28,862 nucleotides of DNA from the NCBI RefSeq assembly GCF_000143415.4, contig NW_003314271.1:1167955-1196816 (forward strand), read 5' to 3'. Positions 10,715 to 22,400 of the stretch are shown here, one piece after another; position 1 is the first letter of the stretch, and each line of letters opens with the position of its first letter. The notes beneath the pieces were generated by a model, which saw only the letters and a list, made by a program, of their open reading frames with translations, made no database searches and was not told the origin of the DNA. The translations under genes were made by a program, and so were the position numbers. This DNA comes from Selaginella moellendorffii (taxonomy: Eukaryota > Plantae > Lycopodiophyta).

Positions 10715-11823
10715 TGTAAGCCATAAAATTTTAGCTTTCAATTTGCCAGTTTACCTCATCTATCTGACCAACACTACTTTGGCCTTAGTTAAGTTCCTTT
10801 ACCAAGGTTCCTGCCTATTACACCAACTCTTACTTAGTCCTACTTAGTTTCAGCTACTCACTGCACGAGCAATGAAGCGTTAACCAACCATCCATAGATT
10901 CCCAAATCTCTCCCAATCCCCCTCTAGACTTATGGTTCAATTACACTCCCCGCAGGCACAAGTAGCCAAGCCTCCAGGTTTTTAACATCCCTTGATACAA
11001 CAAGACTTGATCATAAGACCCTCTAAATCCCAAGCCTTGGGTGTAACATTCACTCTGGGGCACCAGGGGGAAACACTATGGCCTACCGGCCCAGTATGGG
11101 TACCTCTAGTCCCCCACTTCCATCCCGAAGGGAAGGCCCAAGCCCCTAGGAAGGGGCAAAGACCAATGAGCCATAAGGTACTCAAGTGGGGCACCACTCC
11201 ACATAAGCCGGGAGCACCGTAGTCGGTTTACCTTTCGAGAGTGGGAGTTGCTTTTGAGCACTTCCTTGGGTGGCCCCTCTGGCACCACCCGAGTCTATGC
11301 TCACTCCCACCCAAGGCCTCTAAGCACCAGTCTCAACCTCAAGTCAGTTTGGAAGCACCACTGGAGAGTTCCTTCAAGACTAGTTCCTAAACCTCACTAT
11401 TCCTATCATACTTTTGGAACTCCCTGCAGCCCCCCCACCCCCTTGGGAGACACGCTTTGGGCTTTCACCCCACGATCTGTATTAGTATTCGGACTCGATC
11501 TTGGACTCGATCTCAGACTCGAGCTCGAACCCAACCTCAGACTCGGTCTCGAACTCGATCTCAGACTCAACCTCAGACCCGATCTCAGACTTGACCTCGG
11601 ACTCGACCTCAGACTCAGTCTCAAACCCAATCTCGAATCTCAGACTTGGTCTCAAACTCGATCTTGAACTCGGTCTCGAACTCGGTCTCGGAGTCAGTCT
11701 CAGACTCGATCCCGGACTTTGTCTCGAACTCAGTCTCAGAGTTAGTCTTGGAGTCGATCTTAGACTCGGTCCCATCCGATGAACTCTTTATCATTTCGGT
11801 CGTGCTTTTGGGGATAGCCTACA
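10715..11823 (-). repeat. 5' LTR (~1.1 kb) of the minus-strand gypsy element
   Basis: TGTAAG...CTTACA termini; homologous to 16589-17314; contains a hexamer array and the GGGTGAAAGCCCAAAG / TCCAAAAGTATGATAGG core. Confidence 0.85.
11489..11776 (-). repeat. Degenerate hexamer array (GAGTCC/GAGACC/GAGATC type) in LTR U3
   Basis: 6/12-bp periodicity visible as ...gactcg atctca gactcg... on the plus strand. Confidence 0.85.
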
Positions 11824-13166
11824 ACACTTTAGGGAGTTGGTTCCTTACACATTGGTGATGATTGATTATCATCTAGGATAGTTGATTATTCTTGTCAAAA
11901 AGTTTTGTTTGATTATTATTGATCTAGAATTATTTGCCATTCTCGAGATGGTGGATTCTTTTTCTGACAATGATTATGTATCTCTCTTTTGATGGGATGA
12001 TTAATGATCTTTCATGATATTTAGTTATTCTTCTTGATAGCTTATGGTTTTTCGCATTACCACATGTTCTTTGTGGTTTGCTCTGGATTGGTTTTTTGGG
12101 TTTGAGATATCGGTAGGATGTTGCTAATGCTTTCTTAAGCAACTTGAGTTCCTTAGTATTATTGACTAAGATCTATTTGGATTAACTAATGCAATAGTTG
12201 GTGTGAAAAAGTGTTTGTTTGCTTTGCAACATTCATTCTGTTCTGTTGATTGTTGTTTGAGTTAGTTTTCATAGATTTGGATGTTATTTCCTTTGGGTGA
12301 TACATTCACAAGTATTTTACTTCTTAGTCGATGATACTTTGTGTTCTTTAAATTATCTTTAGTAAGTTGTTTGGCATACTATTTATAATCTTTGGTAATT
12401 AAGCTTTATCATTGAGTTTTCTCAATGATACACTTGTTATCAAATTTTGTTGGATGGTAAATCCTATATTTTCCAACTATAGTGATTTTGCTAGATCCTA
12501 TACTCTAATACTCATTTATCAGATGATAACTTACTTGGAATACTTTTATGTTCTAAACTAAGCTTTATTCACTGATAATTAAGTCTTTAAGATATCATTG
12601 TCTATGACTTTGATATTGTCGATCTATTAATCTTTAAGTTTGGGCTAGTATAGGCAGACTGGCTTCGGCACTTTGTGTGCATGATGAAATCTCTAGTCAT
12701 GGGGTAACTACTGTCAACTGGTCATATCACCCGCCTCTTTGTCGATGTTCCTTATTCTGTTAAAAGGGTGTGACCATGTAAACAATTCTAACTGCCTATT
12801 TACAATAGTCTATCTAAACGTTACTGACGGGTTTGGTTTCTTTGCTCATGAGGGTTGGGGCCTTTGACTTCTCTCTCTATGTCTTTGCGGGTAGGGACAT
12901 ATTACACTTTTGTAAGCTAGGTGACACCCAGAGCAGCAAGAGTGGCTAACTCCGTTGGTCATTTCCTTGCCAGCGACGGCTAGAAGGTGTTTGAGCTGGT
13001 AGCGCATCCGCGTCAGACAAAGAGGTTGCTTCCTAACTGATTTAAGTTGTTGCATTTCTCACATAGTGTGATCACTGTGAACTTTTTCTAGAATTGTTTC
13101 CTTGGCAGTGCTCTAGACTAAAGTATGCATCGACGAGGACATCGATCTTCCCTAAGGGGGGAAGAG
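11824..13166 (+). pseudogene. Old, AT-eroded gypsy integrase (possibly plus chromodomain) relic ending in a PPT
   Basis: Only fragmentary integrase-like peptides are readable. A clear GAGGAC motif and PPT AAGGGGGGAAGAG (13154-13166) are followed by TG. Confidence 0.5.
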
Positions 13167-14277
13167 TGTTGCGAATGTGACTTCGGGTATCGAAAATTAT
13201 CTGTCAGTTGGGTTCTCTTTATCAGCCCGTCTTATTCAAGTGTTGGTATACTGGGCTTAGCATCTGTACTTAGTCAGATGGACATAAGGTAGGAACTCTT
13301 ATGTGTTTTTAGCTGAGCATTCTCGGCCTGGCTCTTAGTTCTCTTTTGCTCTGTCTTGCATTGGCTTGGCAAGAACCCTCACGTATTGAGACTAGTCCCT
13401 CAATATCGTTGAATGATAGCTTACCATATTTGCCAAACACCCTCGCTATCATGCCTTTTGTGTTAGTCTCAATTTGGTCCCAAATGCTATTTATGGAAAA
13501 TGTCAAAATTTGCTCATTTGGCATATCTATAGAATGTAGATATTGTCCTGAACACAATAGTGTTCATCCCATGTCCAAATTCGCAATCTAGGGACATTCC
13601 ATATTTAGTAAGATTTAAGTTTGTCCCAAAGACTAACTCCTGATACTAAGGGAGGTTTGGGGTGAAAGCCCAAAGTTTGTGTTCCTGAAGGGGGGAGGGG
13701 GGTGGGGGTTGTGGAAAGTTCCAAATGTATAATAAGGATAGTGGGTAGGTTGGGTATGGCCAACTAAACTGAGGTATAGTTTAACTCCCACTTGCATGCC
13801 TGTCTTTGTTCTGCATCTAGCTTGGGTCTAAGCCCAAGTTCCACACCATGTTAGTTACCATACTAGTTAGTGGAGTACCTATATCCTCGCATGAGGCCAC
13901 CGGTATGCTAAAATAGCACCAGACTCCATTTGGCTCCGTTTTGCGTGTTAGTCCTAGTGTTGGGATGCTAGATGCTCTAGGACTCCTCCAAGTCACTCTA
14001 TGCTCCTGTCCCTTCACTCTTTGGGCTATATGCTCAGGAGTTACTCCATGGTTCGGTTCCATCACTCCTAGGCTCCATGCTTGGGAGTTGGGCTCTGTTA
14101 TTTCATTCAGCTACCCAAGGCCCTAAAACTCAAGTTCTATTCTACTATCCTTTAGACACATGGCATGTGGCATGTGGCATGTGACATGTGGCACATTGGA
14201 GGGTTTAGGTTCTGCTTCATGGTGTTATCCTATAGTAAAATACCATAGGATAAAGGGTAAAAACCACGTGTGCTACA
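13167..14277 (+). repeat. 3' LTR (~1.1 kb) of the old gypsy element
   Basis: Starts TGTTGCGAATGTGAC directly after the PPT; its 5' end aligns with 19111 (TGTCACAAATATAAC...GAAAATTA..TGTCAG), and ~13720-14050 aligns with ~19157-19465. The 3' end at GTGCTACA is tentative. Confidence 0.7.
14158..14196 (+). repeat. 7-bp tandem repeat (CATGTGG)n, ~5 copies
   Basis: catggcatgtggcatgtggcatgtgacatgtggcaca. Confidence 0.85.
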
Positions 14278-14449
14278 ATTGTTATTTCCAACTTCTATGG
14301 CATGTGATTACATAGTGTCTTTTATTCTTGGTGTCCTTCTGTCTCAAATTGATGTAGAGTGTCATTATAACATCAATTAAAGAGTTATAGATGATAAATT
14401 TTTGATTTTGGAGAATATTTGAAGAGTGAATTTATAGGAAGATGATGTT

Positions 14450-14673
14450 TATGAGCTTGAATGGATTTCTGCTAATAGGGAATTCAATGTAAGTAACAAC
14501 TCAAGAGACAATCCATAGGGGTTTAAATATAAAAGGAAAAGGGCTTATGAACAAGGGTGCACCTCTTTTTTCAATTAGTTAAGAGTTTTGAAATATTTAG
14601 GGTTAAACATTCTTGGGTTTGAATAATACTGGGTTGGATGACCTCCAGGGAAGTCTTAATTCAGAAACTTACA
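14450..14673 (+). mobile_element. Cassandra-like LTR fragment carrying a 5S rRNA internal-control-region segment (copy 1)
   Basis: 14601-14657 GGTTAAACATTCTTGGGTTTGAATAATACTGGGTTGGATGACCTCCAGGGAAGTC matches plant 5S GTTAAGCGTGCTTGGGCGAGAGTAGTACTAGGATGGGTGACCTCCTGGGAAGTC. TATAAAAG lies upstream and the repeat ends CTTACA. Confidence 0.7.
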
Positions 14674-15599
14674 TTCAATTATTTTAAAGATAGTTTTGAA
14701 TGTAAGTTAGTCATTTTGCAAGGTAAATATTAATCCTTCAATCTACTATCTTACTTTTTCCCAACATTTTATTATTTCTAGGCCTAAGCCACCTTCTTAT
14801 ATTCATAGTATTTTTTCTTCATTTATGGTATTTCCTTCTTCTAGCACATTAGTCATTTATGACTCTTATAATTCTCATTCTCAATTTGATATTAAGTTAA
14901 GTATTTTTTATCCTCCTTATACTAATTTAAATGTTGAGCATATGTGTGAAGCTGAAAAATCCTGATTTTGTTTCGTTAGCAAAGTTTTTTATTAGAGTTT
15001 TCTTTTGTTCCATGGGTTTAGTCACTTTTAATAGAGTTTTAAGTTGAATGCATGTCCCTAGTTGTGGGTGCCGCTAAAAGCCTTTTGTTTTTATTTCTAT
15101 TGAGGGTGTTGATATTTTTATTAATTTTCTCACTTCAAGTGTTGAATTATATGTTGAGGAGGTTGAACAATGTGAATCTCTTGCTTACCTTATGATGGTT
15201 GAAATATTTTATAATAGGACATCCCCTATTTTCTAAGTTCTTAGCATATTTCTTTTTTCTTATCTCTCCTTTTCCACTTTAATAGCTACTAAAAATTCCT
15301 CTTTGATGCTTCTTTATTCATTTTTTTCCATAATATTTCTTTCTTAATTTTTCTTACTTTCTTCTCTTCAAACATTTTTTTCTTCAGAGGAGAGGGTAGA
15401 GGGGACGAACAGGAGTCTGGCCCAAATGATGGAGTGAAGACAAACAAATATAGTAGTGGAGCGAGGATGAACAACATAAATTATGGAGTGAAGACAAGTA
15501 TAGTGAATCTGAATGAAACTTTCAACCTCAACATAGTGAGGCCAAATGGATATAATAGTGGAATAAAGCCAAACATAAATGGTAAAATGAGGACAAGTG

Positions 15600-15814
15600 C
15601 AATAAGTTTGAATGGAATCAGTGTAAGCAACCAAAGGGAATGATTTAAAAGACAGTCCATAGGGTTCAAATATAAAGGGAAAAGGCCCATGAATAAGAGT
15701 GCACCCCTTTTCTAATCGATTAAGGATTTTGGGATATTTGAGGTTAAACATTCTTGGGTTTAAATAGTACTGGGCTGGGTGACTTCCTGGGAAGTTAAAA
15801 TTTAAGAGTTTACA
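15600..15814 (+). mobile_element. Cassandra-like LTR fragment carrying a 5S rRNA segment (copy 2)
   Basis: 15742-15796 GGTTAAACATTCTTGGGTTTAAATAGTACTGGGCTGGGTGACTTCCTGGGAAGT; direct repeat of ~14450-14673; ends TTTACA. Confidence 0.7.
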
Positions 15815-16588
15815 ATTAGTACTTCAAAACTTTTTTTCCTTCTCCAAAAGGATAAAAAGAATGTGGAGAACAAACAAAGTGAGTCTAACTTCCCATATGT
15901 GGTGTTTGATGAGGACAAAAGTTAAAAGTCTAAGTTAATATAGGTTTTAAAGGTTTACCAAAATGAAAATATAGAAGTAGATTTTGCTAATGGTCGTGAG
16001 TTTGAGTTTATAGTGGTCTCAGAGAATGGTTGGTAGGCAAACTTAAAGATAGAATGTATCATTTACCATAATGATGTTTTATGGACTATAATAACTTTTG
16101 AAGTCCCTTTGACATGAACCACAAGAATATTTTTAAAATATTCTATGGCTTGTGGGATTTAAGGCTGTTAACACCTTAAGGGTTGAGAGGTTAGTCTAGG
16201 GTTCACTCTTTGTTTGTTTCATTGGTATCGAAGTAACATGTTCTTTTAAGGATGGTGGAGGAGTGAGATATAGATTCTAATAAGGAGTATAGTGTTAGTG
16301 ATGATGGCTATGATGAGGAGGATGAATCTCTTAATGATGTTGTCGTGGTAAGGTCTCCAGATTTGTAAGGTTCAAAGTGACATTAAAGAAGTTAAGGATT
16401 CTATCAATCTCATTAAAGATTTCCTTCTTCGCATGAACCCTCAAGGGTTGAATCAATCTCATGTCTGTGATTACTATTAATATGTTAAACATGTTAAGAA
16501 TTATGGTATCATGGAATGGAAGTCATCACCAAATGTTTGTGGTAACCAAGAAGTTGATTTTTGGTTGGAATCGTGGAAAAGTTGTTGG

Positions 16589-17314
16589 TCTGTAGGGGGT
16601 TCCAAAAGTATAGTAGGGATAGTGAGGTCCAGGAACCAGTCTTGAAGGAACTCTCTAGTGGTGCTTCCAAACTGACTTGAGGTTGAGACTGGGGCCGAGG
16701 GGCCTTGGGTGGGAGTGAGCATGGACTCGGGTGGTGCCAAAGGGGCCACCCAAGGAAGTGCTCAAAAGCAGCTCCCACTCCCAAAAGGGAAATCGACTGC
16801 GGTGCTCCCAGCTCATGTGGAGTGGTGCCCCACCTGAGTACCTTGTGGCTCATTGGTCCTCGCCCTTCCTAGGGGCTTAGACCTTCCCTTCGGGATGGAA
16901 GTGGGGGGGTAGAGGTACCCATACTGGGCCGCTAGGCCACGCTGTTTCACCCCGATGTCCCGAAACGAGTGTTGCACCCAAGGCTTGGGATTTAGAGGGT
17001 CCCATGATCAAGTCTTGTGGTACCAACGGATGTTAGGAACCTGGAGGCTTGGTGTGTTTAGCTGCTTGTGCCTGCGGTGAGTGTAGCCGAACCTTAAGTC
17101 CAGTCTAACTTGGGGAGGGGGATTGGAAGAGATGTGGGAATCCGTGGATGGATGGCTAATGCTCTGTTACTCGTGTAGTGAGTAGCTAAAACCAAGTAGG
17201 AGCTGGTACAATAGGCTGGAACCTTGGCAAGGGGACTTAGCAAAAGCCAAGGTAGTGTTGGTCGGATAGACAAGGTAAGTTGGCAAATTGGAAAGGAAAA
17301 ATTTATAGCTTACA
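16589..17314 (+). repeat. 5'-truncated solo LTR of the same family as 10715-11823
   Basis: Reverse-complement homology to ~10715-11430; ends GCTTACA; no PBS follows; the U3 hexamer array is missing. Confidence 0.85.
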
Positions 17315-17901
17315 GTTTTGTGATCTTTGCCTTAGTCTCACAAGCACTTATAATAAGCTACTAAAGGTGCAATATTTCATTAAAGGTTTGAGCTCAGGGA
17401 ATGTGTAGCAAAAGGTCAAGAAGGATTTTCCCACAATGTTGATTGATGCTATCACAAAGGCTCAGATCTTTTCCCCTAAACTGTCAATCAACTTCGTCAA
17501 ATTTGGTCAATAGGATGGTCTACATGGTAGTTAACATGATGACCAACCCACCAATGCTTCATATTCAAGGAAGAAACAACTGTTGTTCCATTGTGGCTCA
17601 AAGAGTGGAGATGGTCACGAGGCCAAAAAAAATTATTTGGACCAACATGAGAAGGATAAGGTGGAGGGTAATTGTTTTCTTTGTTATAAGGCTAGACATC
17701 ATAGCAAAGATTGTCCTCTTGGGAAGGGATCAAAGAATGCTAAGGTGAATGTGATGGAATTTATTATGGATATAGCTCAAATATCTGTTGTGGTGACTCT
17801 TCCACACCCTGTGGCAAAAATTCAAGAATCTAAATCTCAAGTTCATATCAACTTTGTAAAGTTTAATGGTTCTATACTTGATTAACTTGTGAAGGTATAT
17901 G

Positions 17902-18499
17902 TGTAATGCATGTGATCATAGGATGAAATTTGGATATACTGTCACTATGGATCCTTGAAACCTTAGGGGATAAATAAGGATAAATTAGCCATTAAAGGCT
18001 CTCTCATCAAGCAATTGCCCTGGAGAGAGATAATGTGTGTTATATGTGGTATTAGAGCAAATGGCATTAGTTCAATTCTCATTGATTAATGGCTACTTAA
18101 AATATAATATACTTTTGAGTAAAGTATATTCCTACCTCTAAAAATTGAAATACATATTAGGCATCCATGAGTATGAAATAGTTGATCTACACAATGGAAA
18201 GATTGGTAAAAATACGAAAATCAATGTGCTAATTCCCCTCGTCTTAGTAAGGGTTGTTATACTAGTTCCCCATGGCTTAGTAAAGGTTGTTAGTCAATAG
18301 TTAATGAGGACATTGACATTTTTTAAAGGGGAGTGAGTGTAATGCATGTGATTATAGAATGAAATTTGAATATGCTGTCACCATAAATCCTTGAAACCTT
18401 GGAAAATAAATAGAGATGAAATAATCAATAAAGACTCTCTTATCAAGCAATTGCTTCTTTTCCAATTGGTTTAAGGGGAGAAAAATAGAATATACTATA
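17902..18499 (+). mobile_element. Second, older copy of the TRIM family
   Basis: LTRs at 17902-18044 (with ~19-bp deletion) and 18338-18499 (162 bp); PBS TGGTATTAGAGC at 18047-18058; PPT AAAGGGGAGTGAG; many C>T and G>A changes; no clean TSD. Confidence 0.88.
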
Positions 18500-19110
18500 C
18501 CAAGGGGGACATTTAGGATCATGTGATTAGTATTCTTTTCAATCTAGAAGCTACACACAATTTTTTGAGCTCTAAGGTGGTGAAAAAACTTAGTTTGCTT
18601 ATGGAAAAGAATTTAGTAATCTATGAGGTGGTTATCACAAATGGATGTAACACTTGTGTTTATGGTGAATAGACTATAAGTGTTCCTTTGACGATTCAGG
18701 GGATTCTTGACCATCTTTCATTTTAGGTTATGGATCTTGGTTGTACAGATGTTATTCTTGGGAAGGAATGGTTTTATGAAAGAAAGTTAAGGATTGATTG
18801 GGAGCATAATGTTTTACATATCAAAGCTAGTGGCACTGTGAAAGGGATTGTTAGGATAGATAACAATGATACTCTATTGATTAATACTTTGGAGTTAGTG
18901 ATTTGCACATATGAAATAGCTAATTATTTCGTGGTGTACCTGTTTCTTTCTAATATAATCATGTCTAATTTGGAGTATATTTATGGGCATAGGGCTTAGG
19001 TGCTTCCATTCATGAGAAGTTCTGTGAGGTATTTCCGGATGAATTGCCTAATGGTTTGCCTCCCGCCATGGAATTCAACATGAGATTGACTTAGTTCTTG
19101 GAGTTACTCT

Positions 19111-19480
19111 TGTCACAAATATAACTGTAGGTATTGAAAATTACTTGTCAGCTAATCCAAATATATAATAGGGATAGTGGGTAGGTTGGCATGGCCTACT
19201 AACATAAGGCATAGTCTAGCTCCTACTTGTGTGTTTATCCTTGTTCTGCGTCTGACTTGGGTCTAAGCCTAAGTTCCATATTATATCAGCTAGTGGAGTA
19301 TCTATATCCGTTAAGCCACCAGTATGCTAAAATAGAGCTAAACTTTGTTTGGCTCTGTTTTGCATATTGGTCCTAGCATTGGGATGCTGAATGTTCTAGA
19401 ACTGTTAGAATTCACTCTGTGCTTTTATCCCTTGGCTCCTTGGGCTCACTTAAGAGTTATTCCATATATCAATACCTTTG
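19111..19480 (+). repeat. LTR of the 13167 family, internally deleted and cut by the insertion at 19481
   Basis: Aligns with 13167-13210, then jumps to ~13720-14050. Confidence 0.75.
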
Positions 19481-22400
19481 TGTGAGACACAAAATCCCTA
19501 GGCCCCAAAGTGGAGCTGAAAGGGTGCCACGTGGTAGTGGCCGAAGCAAAAGCCAAACAAGCGTAACACGTTTGGACTAAAAGCTCCGACTTGAAAAGGT
19601 CGAGAGTGGGAGTGGAACTCCCAATGAAGTGCTCGAGGAACAAGCATGAAGTGAAAGATAAGTGAGTATCTAGAAAAAGGATACAAGAGGACCGACACAT
19701 GAAATGTGGAAGAGTCCGAGATGGAGTCCGAGATGGACCGAGATGGAGTCCAAGGTCGAGACCGAGCCCGAGACCGGGATGGAGACGGGCTCGGTCTAGG
19801 GTTTGGGAGACGAACGCTTTGGGCTTTCACCCTCGGTCTCGGTCTCGGTCTCGGTCTAGGGGGTTTGGTGAGCTCCAAAAGTATAGTGAGGGGGAAGACT
19901 GCAGTGGAGCCAGTTTGGCCAAGAAAGGCCAGTTTGGCCCAGAAAGGCTGTACCCAGTGTTGGGTGATGAGCTGCCCACTGGGAAGTCCAAGACTAGAGT
20001 GAACACAGACCGACAGGGTAGCTTGGTGAAGTGTTCAAGAGCCGGCTTTAGTTCCCCTGGGAGATCGATGCTCCCAATCCAAGTGTGGGTGGCACTACCT
20101 ACTTGGATACTTAGTGTGGCTCAATGGAACCTCGCTCTAAGCCCATGGCTAGAGCACCCAAAGGCAGAAGGCAAGGAGAGTACCCACGAGGCTTGCATAG
20201 GGCCACGGTGTTCTGAAATGTTGCCCCAAAGTCCCAGATTGTGGAAAGGAAGAAGAGTAGCCCTCTGGTGTGGTGACAAAGGACACAGTCACACAGTGAG
20301 GAAGTCCCAAAGGACAGTTGGACTTAGTGGTCGGGCCTGTAGGCCTTGATCCAGTGGCAGTGTTGGTGAACACCGCCATGGACAGGAAGGGACTTGGTGG
20401 GGACTGGAAAGGAGACATTGGGGAAGGCTATTCCCCATGTCTGCAGGCATCCTAAGGATGCTATAGAGTGGATCTGGGATAGCCACTCATGGATGGATGG
20501 CCTAGTCTTTGAGAAACGGGATTGAAATGCAGGTGGTGTTGGACCACCGATGTGACCAAGGTGAATGGGCATGGCCTAGCATAACGGGCTGGTATGTTGG
20601 TGGTACCTTGGGGTGTCGGTCATAGAATCGGACATGTGGAGCACTTGGACCAAGTGCAAAGGTTGAGTGGCATAGATGCCATTCTCGGGGTTAGCAAGCC
20701 CCAAGTTCTGAATGGGACTTATGGAGGTTGTGAATGAGACTCCTCCAAGTGGTCGGAGGTGCAATTAAATGACTACAGTAGAATAGAAAATTTAGCCACT
20801 TACAACTTAGTATCGGAGCTGTTCCTTAGTCTGACTCTTATTGGTGGCCAAGTATATCACCACTTGTATTGGAATAGAAAGGTCCTAGGTATGGACCTAT
20901 CCTCGAGGAGTAGCATGGTGAGAGGATATGGCTCCCCACTCAAGTTCATGTATGAACTTGTGCGCAATGTGGTGGATGGAAAATGGCCAAAGGGAATGAC
21001 TTTGGGATCTTGGGAATAGTATAAAGGTTTCCTCAGAGAGTTGAGGATGTGATCCAGATGAGCGTTTGACGCAGCAAACGGGCTAATGTAGTTGTGGTAA
21101 ACAACTATAGTTGGGATCACGGGGAAGATGCAGACTCCAAAAACAATAAAGGAGTCACAAGATTACCCTCATATAGTGAAGGCTGGTGCTCATAAATTTG
21201 AGACCGGAATTGATGACTGAGGGAGGTCAAATACGAAAGAGGACACAAGTCCTTGAAATGGTAGCCAGGACTACCTCTAATAAATGCGGGAACAACCCAA
21301 GGAGTTAGGGGTGTACTTAGAGGATGAGTTGGTATTCTCATCATATGGACAGGTGGTCCTAAGGGGCAAAAGGTTGCTCCCAGAGAATAAAATCAAGTGT
21401 TGGAATAACACTGATAATGGTGGTCCTGGTGAGTAGGACATGAATACAAAAAGTTGTATTCCAGTGAGCCGGCACCTCAAAAGTAAAACTTTATAAGTCG
21501 GGGGATTAGGAAAATTCCAAAAGGCTGAATGACTTAAGTGGACTCAAGAAATAGTCCTAAAGGACTGATGGAAGCATTCTGACTGAGGTGTGTTGTGCCC
21601 CATGAAGGATGGGGAGGATCATAAGATCCAAGTATGAGAACAGTGGGTATCTCATGGGTGGCAAAATGTGCCATACTAAAGTCGTGGGAAAGGTGTTCCC
21701 AGAAGAAGTAACTTTGGTGCAGAGTTGTGTGCGAACACTATGGTGTAGTGCTAACGGATAGTTGGCATGAGAAACGACTAGGTTGGTCTTGGCAAAGACC
21801 TAGACACAAGTGCAAAGTGTCATAAAGGCAAACTCATGGAGCTGATGGTATGGAGACACCAAATGGGCTAAGGTGTGATACCTTCAGGTTATGTTGATGG
21901 GTTCATGAGAACCCCTTGCCAAGGGAATCCCAATAGAAATGGGAATGGCATAGCCTAAGCTGGAAGGCATGTGGTAGAGTGTGGTTACCTGGATAATGAT
22001 GGAGGTGTGGAAGCACCAGCAATGAGTTGTAGGACTTGACAATAAGGCAACTAAGCAGGAGGTGCAAGTAATTGGTTAAACGGGTAGAAGGTAGCTACCC
22101 AAGACTTCTTAAAGTTAAATATACCCTTATCGAGGATAAGTTGTTTATGTTGCGATATAGTAAGTCAATGTTGTAAAAGGAAATGCTCATTGTCAAGGAG
22201 GCCATCATTGGGACACCCAAACACTCTAGAACACCAAAAGGTGGTGTTTAATGTCGCAAGGGCAATAGATAAGGCCCAAGGGACAAAGTCTCTGGCGAAC
22301 GATGGATAAAAGGTGCTATCCAAATATCCAAGGTTGTGGAGACGGGAGAAGTCCGTCTACCCAAATTGGACAAAGCCAAAGAGGGATTTTGGCAAAGCTA

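Larger units (their letters stand above)
6983..11823 (-). mobile_element. Ty3/gypsy LTR retrotransposon, 5' part (LTR-PBS-gag-PR-RT-RH), decayed and interrupted
   Basis: LTR 10715-11823, degenerate PBS, then gag, CCHC knuckle, protease, RT and RNase H in gypsy order. Cut at 6983 by the plus-strand element. Confidence 0.92.
16223..19110 (+). pseudogene. Old gypsy gag-protease relic with PBS, interrupted by an LTR fragment and a TRIM
   Basis: PBS-like TGGTATCGAAG at 16223 after TTTCA; KVQYFIKGL; CFLCYKARHHSKDC knuckle; ILFNLEATHNFLS (decayed DSGATHNF); DVILGKEWF; VFPDELPNGLPP; HEIDLV. Confidence 0.8.

Noticed and set aside
11248-11858. Low-complexity ORFs (LGLDL, SDS, RLS repeats)
   Set aside because: Same hexamer-array artefact in the minus-strand LTR.
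14601-14657. 5S rRNA gene
   Set aside because: Only the ~55-nt internal control region is present and it is degenerate; the same holds at 15742-15796. Treated as a Cassandra-like capture.
19498-20418. ORFs of 89-216 aa in copy A
   Set aside because: They lie inside the LTR, have no recognisable domain and are not kept as one frame in copy B.
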